Below, in pieces: positions 26,826 through 37,986 of a DNA stretch of 57,582 bases. Source of the DNA: Hyphochytrium catenoides (lineage: Eukaryota; Protista; Hyphochytriomycota); NCBI GenBank assembly GCA_900088475.1, contig FLMG01002277.1:1-57582 (forward strand), in the 5' to 3' direction. A program made the position numbers and the translations under genes. Within the stretch, counting starts at the first letter, position 1, and the number at the start of each line of letters is the position of its first letter. Below the pieces are notes generated by a model. The model searched no databases. It was not told where the DNA came from and saw nothing but the letters and a program-made list of their open reading frames with translations.

Positions 26826-27230
26826 ACTTGACAGGGAAGTGGAAGACGCACTATCTGCTTATCCTAAGTTCGGATAAATAGAATAACGTGTGCCGTCATC
26901 TTCCAGCAACGCCAATAGAAGGACTTCGACAGACGAGACTTAAATGATTTGATCGTACAAAGGCAATGAGAAGATGAAAAGAATCCTGGTGCACCAGCTC
27001 ACTTTTTTATGCATAATCAGGCTTCCTTGAGAACTAGCGGCGCTACAACGAGAACAGTGTAGTAGAGCATGGTTTGGTGTGAGCAAGGAGGAAGCGCAAG
27101 GAAAAAAACATGAAGTCACACAAGCTCTCTCCTACATCGACGCTAGAGACTCGCAAGGGTCTCGCTAGCATACATTATTGTTTTCTGGCTAATAATAAGT
27201 AAGGGCGTCCCACAATCAGAGAGTGTCGCG

Positions 27231-28316
27231 CTAACTCTTCTGGTCATCCTTCGCATTCTCCTTTTCGGCCTGGGTTAATAGCCGCCCTTTCTCTCGCTTT
27301 TCCTCCCTCTCGCTATATCTATCAACCAAGAAGTCCGCGTGCTCCCGAAGAATGAGAGTGTATTTATAGAATTCCTCCATTACATCCACAACCCTGTTCC
27401 GGAAGTCAGAGGGTTTCATCCTGCCATCATCTTCAAACTCCTTCCAGGCTTTGGCCACACTGCTTTGATTGGTACAGCAAGGCATACGCATCCAGCGAGC
27501 AAGAAGCCTTAAGGTGTTCACAGCGTTAAAGCTCTGTGAGCCGCCGTTTACCTACAGCAAAGCAGGGAGTGAGGGAGCACAAAAGGGAGACCAAAAAGAA
27601 TCCATAGGAGATACGTGAGCTACACTAAAACAGATTTGCAAAAGCGTCCCTCTCATGGACCTTGAAGCCAGTGCACTGTCTTTTTCTTCGCAGTCTCTTG
27701 ATAGTATCACTTGAGCCCCACTGCCTTCTCTTACCTGCAAAACAGCTACTGTCTTTCCCTGCGTAGGCCTGACAGAACCAGTATTCAGCGGAATCCAGTC
27801 AATTTGATTCTTCATCACCCCAGTGATCTGACCATGCATCTCGGGAGACACCCACACATGGCCCTCACTCCACTCAACCAAAGATCTCAACTCTTTAACC
27901 TTCGCGCATGTGTGCTCCAACGTAGGGTTGCGAACAGGAAGACCGTCAGGATTGAAGACTCTCACATCTGCCCCAAGCTTGTCCAGCAGTCTAGCGCACT
28001 CATAAGCTAAGAAGCGCGAGAAGCTCTTCTCCCGTAGGGAGCCATAGAGGATTAGTATCCTGGGCTTGTGCAGCTTCTTTGCTCCAGGAGGGGTAAAGGC
28101 AATCGCCCCATCGAGCTCCAACTCTTTGACCCAGCACTTCTCTATGGCCTCAGGGGACTCGAGAACGTGAGGGCGCCAGTTGGGTGTCGGCTGGGCAGTC
28201 TCTTCCATTTTCAGGCCACCAGTTGTCTGACGTGAGAGGCAAGAGGCGTAGTTGCGTTGATGGATAGGAGGGCGCTTCCACGGGCCAAGGAGTGTTATTG
28301 CGAGAGCTCTTCGCAT
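27231..28316 (-). CDS. arsH: ArsH organoarsenical oxidase / NADPH-dependent FMN reductase, 2 exons (intron 27552-27734), with a predicted mitochondrial presequence
   Basis: [81 protein letters not shown]|[53 protein letters not shown] are ArsH-specific motifs. Confidence 0.93.
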
Positions 28317-29434
28317 GGACAACTGCAAGCTGGAAGACGTAAAGGAGGTGGCAAGCGGTAAGGTCTCCTCTGGGCTTCTTGCAAGGGATACGCAGCTCCT
28401 CAATCAGCTATAAACATTGAGGAACATAGTGGAACAAGGGTAGGTGTACCAAGAGGAATCTCTTCTGCGGTCGTGGAGACGTGACAATCACCCCACCATC
28501 TCACAACCTTTGATACCTCCCCTCTGCTTTACCCACTTCCACCCCCCGCCCCCACAGGGAAGACATACTAAAGACATTATCGCATCTTTGAGACTCTTTC
28601 TCTCTCCTTGATCTATCTAGAATCTATCTTTCTTTCTTGCTCAATTTACTCTGCCTCATCCTTCTCTCTCTCATTCTCTGTCTGCCTCTCTCTCCGCACT
28701 GGAATCGACCAATGGTCTTGTGACCAACAAAAATTCTGATCGGTGACCACCTCCGGCCACTCAGATTCGGGGGACTCACCCATGCCGTTGTCCCAAGTAT
28801 CTTTATTGGAAGGTAAATTTGTTAGTGACTCCGTCATTCTATAGGGCTCTCCTCTGGGGCTACTGTGTGAAGAGTAGGTCCTAGTTTAGTTTAGTTCCCC
28901 AACCTTTTCAAATGATTCTTTACCATTGATATAGCCCTTGCCTGATAATCACCTACGGTAGTTATCAATTTAACAAACTGCACATACCGCTAACGGGAAG
29001 GTGCCGCAAACCGATGAGAGCTGCAGAAAGAGCTCCACATACACAAATCTCATTCTTCTGAGGGCTATTACAAGCAGTCCATTACTGATCATGAACTTCT
29101 CGCTTTTCCCTTGGTGTTAGTGGCGTCCACATCCATCATCTTCCATTGGCATATTGCCCTCCACATCTATCCGGGGTTAGCTTTGGGAGGAGCAGTGGTA
29201 GAGGGTGGCTTTCTAGCAGGCTATAGATCCCAATTGGCCTACAAGAGGGTGGATCTGTGAGACTGACAATCGAGCAGGAAGATTTGGCGCCTGCGTAGAA
29301 GATATCTGGAGAAACCTTGAGAAGTGAGCACTTGGCAACTAGAGTACGAGTGCCTAGATCCAGCTGGATGGTACGGAACGGGCCTTCTGGCCAACTCTAA
29401 AACTCCATCGTATTGCCATCCGCGTAAAGGCACC

Positions 29435-32400
29435 ATGAGCTTTGAAGATGAAGACGACCTATTTTTCGAGTTTGAGACTTTTTTGCAGGTATGCAACAAT
29501 TATAGCGGAACCCGGCCTTTTAGACCACGGCTAACACTGTAATTGCTTGCCTGTCTCTTTCTCTACCAAAGACACAAGATGCCGAGGCTAGTGCCCTTGA
29601 GGGCATACCCAATTCACGACTACCTGGTGGCGGCCTCTCAGGTGCCGCAAGAATTCGAGATTTCAAGAGAGGAACCGTTGTCTGTCGACATTGGCTTCGT
29701 GGTCTTTGTATGAAGGGGGAAACATGCGAGTTTTTGCATCAGGTGAGTCATACACGCAGACAACGTGCGGGTGGCCCTCAGGCATGCTAGTAGCCTATGG
29801 GGGTGGGGTGGGGGGTGGAGGTTGTGCTGCAGTTGACCAAGAGCTTGCTTACTCCACTGGCCGGATCAAAATCATGAAGAAAGAGACAGAGAGAGACATA
29901 CAGAGAGAGAGACAGAGAAAGGAAGACGGAGAGAGCAAAGGGACAGATAGACAGAGTATGATAGCCCATCATCTTTAGAGATGAAACTCGGAGATGACAT
30001 ATTGATGCCAAGTGAGAGCCAGATGATAGGCTAGGTTAACAGGAACAAGGGAGATTTAGAAGTGCATGAACTTCAAGAACTAATGCTCTTCTTCTTTCCC
30101 TTAGTACGATTTAGAGAAAATGCCCGAGTGCAGGTGGGGAACCCAATGCCAAGTAACAGACTGTCCCTTCCGGCACGTGGCAGAGGAAGACAGAGTCGAA
30201 TGCATCTTCTACAAGCAAGGTTTCTGTGTTCATGGGCCTATTTGCAGATATAGACACACAAAGATAGCGCCCGAAGACTGTCCACAAATAGCAGACTTCA
30301 GCTTCCAAGAAGAAGTGGTGGACGAGGAAGGAGTCCGGAGGAAGAAAACTCAGCCTGCAAATGAGTACTTCAAGACGGTCATGTGCAAGAACTGGGAGGC
30401 TGCGGTAAGTAGTCCCATCATCGACGCTTGGAATTTAGGGTTGCCGTGTAGAGTAATCCTTTAGGGTGGGAGATGGGGGACATTAGGTTCTTCCATGGAT
30501 GTGCTCGTTTCTCTTTCTTTATATCTTAGTCTGTCTCTCGCTTTTATGACATTCCCTCCTGACGAGAACAACCATCTTTCCCGACTGCAGGGAGAATGCC
30601 CATTCGGCACAGAATGTCACTTCGCACACGGCAAGGACGAGTTGCGACCTTTCCCAGGAGACAAAAGAATGAAAAAGGGAGGTGACGAGGCTGCATTGGA
30701 AGATCTACCTGATATTGGAGAAGGAAGCAACGCCTACTTCATTGTCAAGAGTTTCGACTATAGAAACGTTCTCATAGGGAAAGAAAGAGGCGTCTGGGGA
30801 CTGTCTCCTGAATTATCAGCCGCATTTGCTTCGTCTCTGGGAAAGGTTGATCGGGTCTTTTTTATACTCACGGTGAGCGCTAGCAAGCACTACCAAGCGC
30901 TCCTCAGGGTCAAGTCGAAGACCATAATAGATAACGTTAGTAAAGAGCCAAAGGGCAGGTTCAATGCGCCTCCAAGCGACCGAGAGGCGAGGGACAGGAC
31001 CCTACCCTGGCCTCAAGAGGTGGAGGTAGAATTCCTTAGAATAGTGGAGCTTCCTTTCTCAGAGGTCGTGAACCTGCATAACCCTATGGATGAAGGGCTT
31101 CCGGTCACAAGGGCGAGAAACTTTCAACAACTACCAAATGACCTGGGTCACGAGCTGGTAGTACGTATATATGAGGAAAGTAAGGTCCCTCTTTCGTGGG
31201 TAAGTGCCAATACCGACTGCGGGAAATTGAACTGAGGCGATAGGTCGCGTGGCTATTCGCCGAAGTTTCATGCTCTCGCTCCCACTTCATTGGTGCTGTC
31301 TTTCTTCAACACTTATACTTGTCTCTGTATCCGGCCGCGCTCCAAGCACCGAGTTCAACAGAGTAGCCTTCGGTGCTCCTGTGCCCTTCTCTGTGCATGG
31401 CGATGCGGCTTTGCTTGCAATGTCCTCCCTGTCTGCTTCCAAAAGGGCCCTAATGCTACCCAGACTTTTTCATTTTTCTTATTTATCCTCCTCCATCTCG
31501 ATTGACCTTTGTTATTTTTTGACAGGATGATCTAACAGTTTCCAATGAACCTGAGATAATAGCGCTAGAGAGAAGAAAGGTTGCTGAGACGGAGTCTCTG
31601 AATGCTCCAAGCCTGGAAGGCCTCAAATGGCCTACGTTTGGGCCCGGTTTCATGTTTGCTTGCAACAACCACACGGTGGACGAGGTATTTGGCCGGATGA
31701 TTATAGGGTCAACGAAGGAGCATGAGCAGCAGACCAAGGTGGTACGGCCTGGAATGACTCTCTTTATCGTGAACATGGCAGACAGAGCGATAATGGGCAT
31801 TTTCCAAGCGATATCTCCAATGATCGTCAACCTTGAGCCTACAGCTTTTACCAGAGGACCAAACCAACAGTCTCCATTCCCTGTGCAAGTGAGTGCCATC
31901 GTCAATGTCAAAATTCCAACTCCCTTGGCTTCGGTTGCTGACTGTCATCTTGGTGCTCCTATTGCCTTCTTTCCTGCCTGTTAGGTGAGGTTTTCCGTAG
32001 TCTTAGAGGGGAAGCCGATACCTGAGACAGACGAGGCTGTAAAGGAGATTCTAGGTGAGAAAGGCATAAAGCTGGGCCAGATGCGTCCCGAGCTAGTGCA
32101 GAAGTTGGCGGATCTCTTTGCCGAGAGGTGCAATCTTCCTGTTTTGTCGTCTGATGGTGCCGAGGAACTTCCCAAGTATACAGAGAAGATACCTTTGACC
32201 GTGGATGAAAATGACTTCCAGGTTCGTTAGTCGTCTGCAGCGAGTTAATTCTCTTCCTTGCGTCTTGCTTCTCGATGTTCTCCACTTCTGCTCAACGCCT
32301 TGATCGAAGCCTCCTTTCCCCTTCAGACTCTTTGTCTCGGAAATGATGGTTTGTGCGCTGCTGCCTCTTTTGGCATTTTAGTTGTTATCGGGGCACCTTC

Positions 32401-33176
32401 ACATGCATTGCCTAACCTTTATCTCTTTGCTAAAATAGCTACTACAAAGAATACGTGGGGAGGGTGACGAAAACCTTCTACGAATAGAAGCTGCAGCAGG
32501 AAATGGCACTCACATTTCCGCAAGAGGGAGATGGAGGGGAAAAGCAAGCGACGAAAAAGAGCCTCCTCATCTACTGGTGGAGACGAGAAGTCCCGGGAGT
32601 CTCAAGGTGGCCTGCGGAATGGTAGCAGAGATGCTGGACATGGTATTCCAGGTAGAAGCCTCTCCCTTCTTTCACGCTCGTTTAATTAGTTATTGGTTTA
32701 GACCTTGTCTGGCATGCTTCGCTCCAAGTGTAGTCCATTAGGAACCGCCTATCTATACCTTGGTCCTTCTGGCTCTCGATCTTCGTCTATAAGTCATTCA
32801 TGCTGATGGGCGATGTTAAAATTCTCTTACAACTGAAAGACGATGTTTGGTGTCACCTGTTATAGCGAGTGGCTCATTCACCTAGATGGTACGACGGTTC
32901 ACCATGTTGCTGACTCTTCTTTCTTTATCTTACTATTAGGAGTACAGCCAGTTCAAGATGATGCACGGACCAGGTGGCGTCTTTCCTCCTGGTCCCATTC
33001 CTCCTCCTCCTATGGGGGTGTTTGGTGCGATGCCTCTTCCACCACGTGGTGCATTCCCGCCTATTCCCCCTCGGGGACCTCCGCGTGGTCCGATGCGTGG
33101 TGACTTCCATGGAAATGGTCCTCCTCGCCCTCTTCCTCCACCCGCGGGGGGCCGAGGCTCAGATGGACCTTGGTAA
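29435..33176 (+). CDS. CPSF30: CPSF30/CPSF4-like protein: 3 CCCH fingers, a fourth TTP-like CCCH, YTH, DCD and a Pro/Gly/Arg-rich tail; ~8 exons, 3' end tentative
   Basis: N-terminal DLFFEFETFL. Zinc fingers TVVCRHWLRGLCMKGETCEFLHQ|YDLEKMPEC..CPFRH..ECIFYKQGFCVHGPICRYRH and YFKTVMCKNWEAA|GECPFGTECHFAHGKDELR. YTH: YFIVKS..NV..GVW..ELPF..LHNPMDEGLPV. DCD: GFMFACNNHTVDE..VRPGMTLF..GIFQA..NLEPTAF..SPFPVQ|VRF. Confidence 0.88.
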
Positions 33177-34227
33177 GTCTATGTGCATGCAAAAGACAAA
33201 GCGAGGGAGTGATAGAGGGTTACGATGATTTGTACAGGTCTAATCTGTTGCCTCCGTTTACCTCCGTAGGCGGGGTAAGCGCAAGAGATGAGGCTTACAA
33301 ACTGCACCTGGGAACACAAATAAACTTGCGCCGGCGTGACTTACTGGGTCTCTAGCAGCAGAAGACTTTCCGGGCCTCTAGCAGCAAGAAGACCTTCTCC
33401 CGTGCGGGTTGAGACTCGCCCTTTATTCCGCTCTCCCACTCTCTTAACTTTCCCTCAGTCTCTTTTCGAATCGATTCGCACCTTCCTATTTAACTTCTTT
33501 CTTCTGCACTTTCCTTACTATTTGTGGCACTCTCGCTTATTTCCTCTGCATCCTCGCTTGTTTCGTTCGGACATCTGCTTTGCACAATGTGAACTGGCCC
33601 TTGTCCCAAATAAAAGAGCTGGCAAGCCGTCGCGCAGAGATCCGTACTGACAAGGCGCTGCCGCTGAGCAAACTGTCTGGAATCACGAGCACTTTATTTA
33701 TTGCCGCTCTTCATGCGGCCCTCTCAACCTCCTCTTAGCACCTGCTTTCTTTTCTCACACATCCTATGCCTTAAGGTCTGTTAGGGAGGTCCCCTCTAAC
33801 ACTAATGACAGTTATCCTGTCGGTAGCTTTACCTTCGGCTGGTCTTCGTCCCTCAGAACCATCCTTCTCCTCCTCAGTAAGTGCGCAAGGACTTGAAGGG
33901 CACGTAGTTCTAGATATGGATAGAGAGTAAGATAGCTTGATAGCGGTGGTCTTTGAAGGGAGACGATAGAAGAAACTTCGCGAAAAGTTAGTGATCGCGC
34001 AGCAGAAACGAGGAGTCGTCCGTAGAAAGATGAAAGGTCGGAAGACGCAGGGAACACTAATCTTCTAAGCCACCAAAACAAGTACTGAAAGTGCTTGTTC
34101 TCACTCATGCCAGTTGGTCGAGTCTTGCGATGGCATCAGTGAAGGGGTTCTAGCAGACACTGTCGACTGCACGATCTCTTATAATCTAGTAGTAGAGAGT
34201 AAGAGCCCGGTTTGCCCATTCTTTTCG

Positions 34228-34273
34228 TGCTGGGGTCTTCCGTACTCTTGCTGGGGTCTTCCGTACTCTTGCT
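34228..34273. repeat. Short tandem duplication (~21 bp x2, tgctggggtcttccgtactct)
   Basis: Direct repeat visible in the sequence; it gives CWGLPYSCWGLPYSC in ORF 34114. Confidence 0.8.
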
Positions 34274-34959
34274 CGTTACTCATCGTTGCTGTTCAACTTC
34301 ACTCTATCTTCCCGCTTTTCTTGTTTGAGCTCATCCTCCAAACATCTGGCATTGGGATGAGTTTTAAAGCTCATCTTAGCCATCCAACAGCGAAGAGATA
34401 CAGAGAACTCGTGGCCTTGGTGAAGGAAACGGTTCCTTCTCTCGCTGCCTCCACTTATCAACATGCTCGCTCTTAGGGTCACTGATTCTCTTTCCCTCTC
34501 TCCAGCGCTCTCTCCTCAGCTTTCTCACTCTCTCATTAACCATCCACCAGGGGACTGTATCGAAGTAGTAGCTCTACCACGAAGAGTAGAGAGGACCTCA
34601 CAAGAGCTGCGCAACAACAGGGCGGCGGCGTAAGATGAAGGCGTGTTTAGTTCAGCCAAAGTAGTAGGTTGCCCCTCGACAGTCATCGACGCGAGAAGTT
34701 CATAGTCTTCTCGACAAGACAAGGCGCGGAAGTACACCACGGACAGACCGCCGACCAGGCAAGGTGAGACGGAGGAACAGAGAGAGAGAGAGACGTTCAT
34801 GGGCCTGTTGGTAGCGAGGGCTCACCAACAGAAAGGAATGGATCATCGAGACCACCGCCGGAGACAGGTCGTTGCACGAGAACAAAAGTGTGCACGTCTG
34901 TTCAAGTGTAATGCACCAGAAACAGAGACGATGACGGGGAGATAGAGCAGTGAGAGCAA

Positions 34960-34986
34960 CAGCGAAAGGGAGGAAAGAGAACAAGA

Positions 34987-35043
<57 letters not shown>

Positions 35044-35165
35044 AGAGAGAGAGAAGAGAGAAAGAGAGAAGGGGAAGCGAGAGGACAGAGTGAGAGAGAG
35101 AGGACAGAGAGAGAGAGAGAGGGAAGAGAGAGAGAGGAGGCGAGAGAGCAGAGAGAAGAGAGACA
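34960..35165. repeat. (GA)n microsatellite / purine-rich tract
   Basis: Long agagag runs. Confidence 0.9.
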
Positions 35166-35495
35166 CAGACCACTTGGCTTCAGAAGCCTTGTCAACCACA
35201 ACCACTACTGTAGAAGGAACAGCTGTGAGTAAGAATAGGTTAGCATGGCAGACAGAGTAAGGGAGAAAAGTGACAAAGGACATAGAGGTCCTTAGGGAGA
35301 GTGGCAGCCAGAGTGTGATTATAGATTCAAGAGGATGGAAGAGAAAGACAGAATGATTGTCAGACTCTTTTTATCTCTTATTAGAAATGACCCCCTCAAC
35401 AGGAACTGGGAACTTCCTGGTCTCCATTCCTTGGTTTGGGGTCTACTGTACTTCATCAGAAATTTAGAACACCAATAATTAAGGCCTTGTTCCTT

Positions 35496-35684
35496 TTACC
35501 CCATGGTTCTAAAGTACGTGTGACTAGATTTTAGGACCTCATCTTGTGTTTGTATCATGGCGGTGTATGTATATAGGCGACTTTCGTCCTCTATGAGAGC
35601 GTGGGTTTGACTAGCCGGACGTTGTTCTAAACCAATAATTATAAAGCGTTTGCCCTTTGGATACACAGAGAACCAATGATACAT
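35496..35684 (-). pseudogene. Possible decayed retroelement integrase-core fragment
   Basis: KGKRFIII..IEDESRLYTYTAMIQTQDEVL loosely resembles the rve motif 'GxRYxL.xDDxSRxxWxYxLxxKDEV'. Short and degenerate. Confidence 0.2.
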
Positions 35685-35784
35685 TTTTGTTGCGTTGCCC
35701 CCAGTTATTGATCACAGAGCACCATTTCTTCTGTCTAGAGGTAGGTCTCCTAGTACTGTGAGTTTCCGGAGAGGCGTTCAGTTC

Positions 35785-35986
35785 CCTCTTTCCTCTCTCT
35801 GTCTCTCTTTCTCTGTCTCTCTCTTCTTCTCTGTCTCTCTCTTCTCCCTCTGTCTCTCTCTTCTTCAATGTCTATCCCTGTCTCTCTCTTTCTCTGTCTC
35901 TCTCTTTCTCTGTCTCTCCCTCCTCTGTCTCTCCTTCTCTTTCTCTCTCTCTGTCTCTCTTTCTCTTTCCCTCTCTCTGTCTCTCT

Positions 35987-36033
<47 letters not shown>

Positions 36034-36060
36034 TTCCTCCTTTCTCTCCCTTGCTCTCTC
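35785..36060. repeat. (CT)n microsatellite / pyrimidine-rich tract
   Basis: Long ctctct and ctgtct runs. Confidence 0.9.
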
Positions 36061-36833
36061 TTGTGCGTGCCCTTCTTGGTTCTCCCTCTCACACCTCTCC
36101 TCTTCACCTCTCGCTGTTGCTGTTTCTCTCTTGCTTCTTACTACTCTGTCTTCGTCATCCCTCTGTATCATCGCGATGGGACAGACGACGAGCCAACTTT
36201 GACGACTGATGACCCAATGGCCTGCTGCGCTGAGGCAGGGACGGACACCGTCACTTGACCACCGCAGCACTTCTGCAGGATCCGACCAAACATGAAGAGA
36301 CAGTGCAGGCGACGGGGGAACAGGAGAGCAAGCAACACGGAGATGATGGCAGGGATAGTTCTATTGTAGGAGCAAAGAGAGCAGAATTTCTATGCCAAGG
36401 GACGGCGTGGTGAGGAAAGCGGGGTAAATGAGCATCAAGAGATACATGGAAACACACGCCAGCGTATCAGAACGATGACCGTTGACTCATGAGAAGAGAC
36501 ATGGCAACCTCTTCCCCTTCCAATCCCCTCCTGCTTCTCCTGCCACGGGCTTGTGACGTCTCCTCCAGACAGTCCAAGGATGACTCTCACCCTCGCTGAG
36601 AAAGAGGCACTGGAAGAGAGAACGTTGGTAAGCAGGACGGGAGAGAGGGAGAGGTTCTTTCGAAGATGGACTCATTATCATATTTCCAAGCCCGTCAACA
36701 CCGGGAACCTTCCACCCTCAAGAAGCCTTTGGGACAATCAACAGGCCCAGTATTTCCCAGACAAACTCTTGCCTCTAGTACGCTAGTATAGGCCACACTC
36801 TTTTCGAGCCCCACTTCTATCTGCTAGGGAACC

Positions 36834-37760
36834 ATGGCTAACGCGGTCCAGATCACTTCGATAATTGTTTTCTTTGGCATCTCTATCGTGGGGACTCTAC
36901 TTCCCCTCTTCTTCTCCAAGAAGATAGAGCTTCTGTCATATCTGAACATCTTTGCAGCGGGAGTCTTCCTCGCCATCGGGCTGATGTCCATCCTGCCAGA
37001 AAGCGCTGAACACCTGCATGAAGCTTCAGAAGATTTTCATGAGTTCCCGCTAGCTTACTTCCTCACAATAGTAGGCTTTTTCATCATCTTCGCCTGTGAG
37101 GAGGTGGCTCACTCTATGTATAGGAAGGCTTTTGGCCGCTCTTCTCATGATGAAGAGCGAGGAGAGAGAATAGAAGAAGGGGACAGAACCCCTAACACGG
37201 CTGAGTACTCTGCTGCGATAGACCCAGCAGTAATCAAGGCAGCAGCAGAGGAAAAGAGAGAAAGGGAGGCTTCCCTACTAGCTGCCATCGTTCTTCTTGT
37301 CGCACTATCTGTCCATGAGATACTGGAGGGCTTTTCTATCGGAGCTATGGGGGATGATGCCACCTGGGGACTGTTCTTTGCCATCGTGTTCCATAAGACA
37401 GTAGAGAGCATTGCCCTTGGTGCTGCCTTCGTCCGGGCACAAACCAAACGAACTATCTTCTTCGCTATCATCTTTGTCTACGCCCTCACTCTACCTCTTG
37501 GTATTGGGCTAGGACTGGTGACCTCTGCAGAAGGAAATGTTGGAACAGGCGTTGTGCTGGCTCTCTCTGCTGGATCCTTCCTCTATATTGCGACTGTGGA
37601 GATCATCCCGACAGAGTTCCAGTCAAAGTACCAGGTGAAGCGGTGGCTGCGCTACGCCGCACTCATTGGCGGCACGATCATTATGTCTGTTCTCATCCTT
37701 CTAGAAGAGATAGCAGAGCACGCAGCAGAAGGGGAGGAGGCAGAAGAGGAGGAGAGTTAA
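36834..37760 (+). CDS. ZIP (SLC39) family Zn/Fe transporter, single exon, 308 aa
   Basis: About 8 hydrophobic segments. NIFAAGVFLAIGLMSILPES, FPLAY, TM4 ALSVHEILEGFSIG, TM5 AIVFHKTVESIALG, ALSAGSFLYIATVEII. Confidence 0.93.
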   Translation: MANAVQITSIIVFFGISIVGTLLPLFFSKKIELLSYLNIFAAGVFLAIGLMSILPESAEHLHEASEDFHEFPLAYFLTIVGFFIIFACEEVAHSMYRKAFGRSSHDEERGERIEEGDRTPNTAEYSAAIDPAVIKAAAEEKREREASLLAAIVLLVALSVHEILEGFSIGAMGDDATWGLFFAIVFHKTVESIALGAAFVRAQTKRTIFFAIIFVYALTLPLGIGLGLVTSAEGNVGTGVVLALSAGSFLYIATVEIIPTEFQSKYQVKRWLRYAALIGGTIIMSVLILLEEIAEHAAEGEEAEEEES

Positions 37761-37986
37761 TCTCTTACCATATCGTCTTAAATGCGTACTTTGAGCTAAG
37801 CCAATAGACCTCTCTCTGCTTCCTGGTTAAGGAGGTAGTGCAACCTATATATATAAATTTATCCATCGCGTCGTGTGAATATTGGCATGAGAGAGACAGA
37901 GAAGGAGCAGAACGATCCGGCGATGGACCAATAAGCTCGTTGCTATAAGATTAATTAGACATTCTTCTCTTCTCCTTTATCTTTAT

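Noticed and set aside
33650-34900. ORF fragments that look like a decayed gene or TE
   Set aside because: No family motif could be recognised with any confidence.
37145-37471. Antisense ORFs over ZIP, KNL1 (46926-47297) and MRE11 (50250-50654)
   Set aside because: These are shadow ORFs produced by the codon composition of the sense genes.
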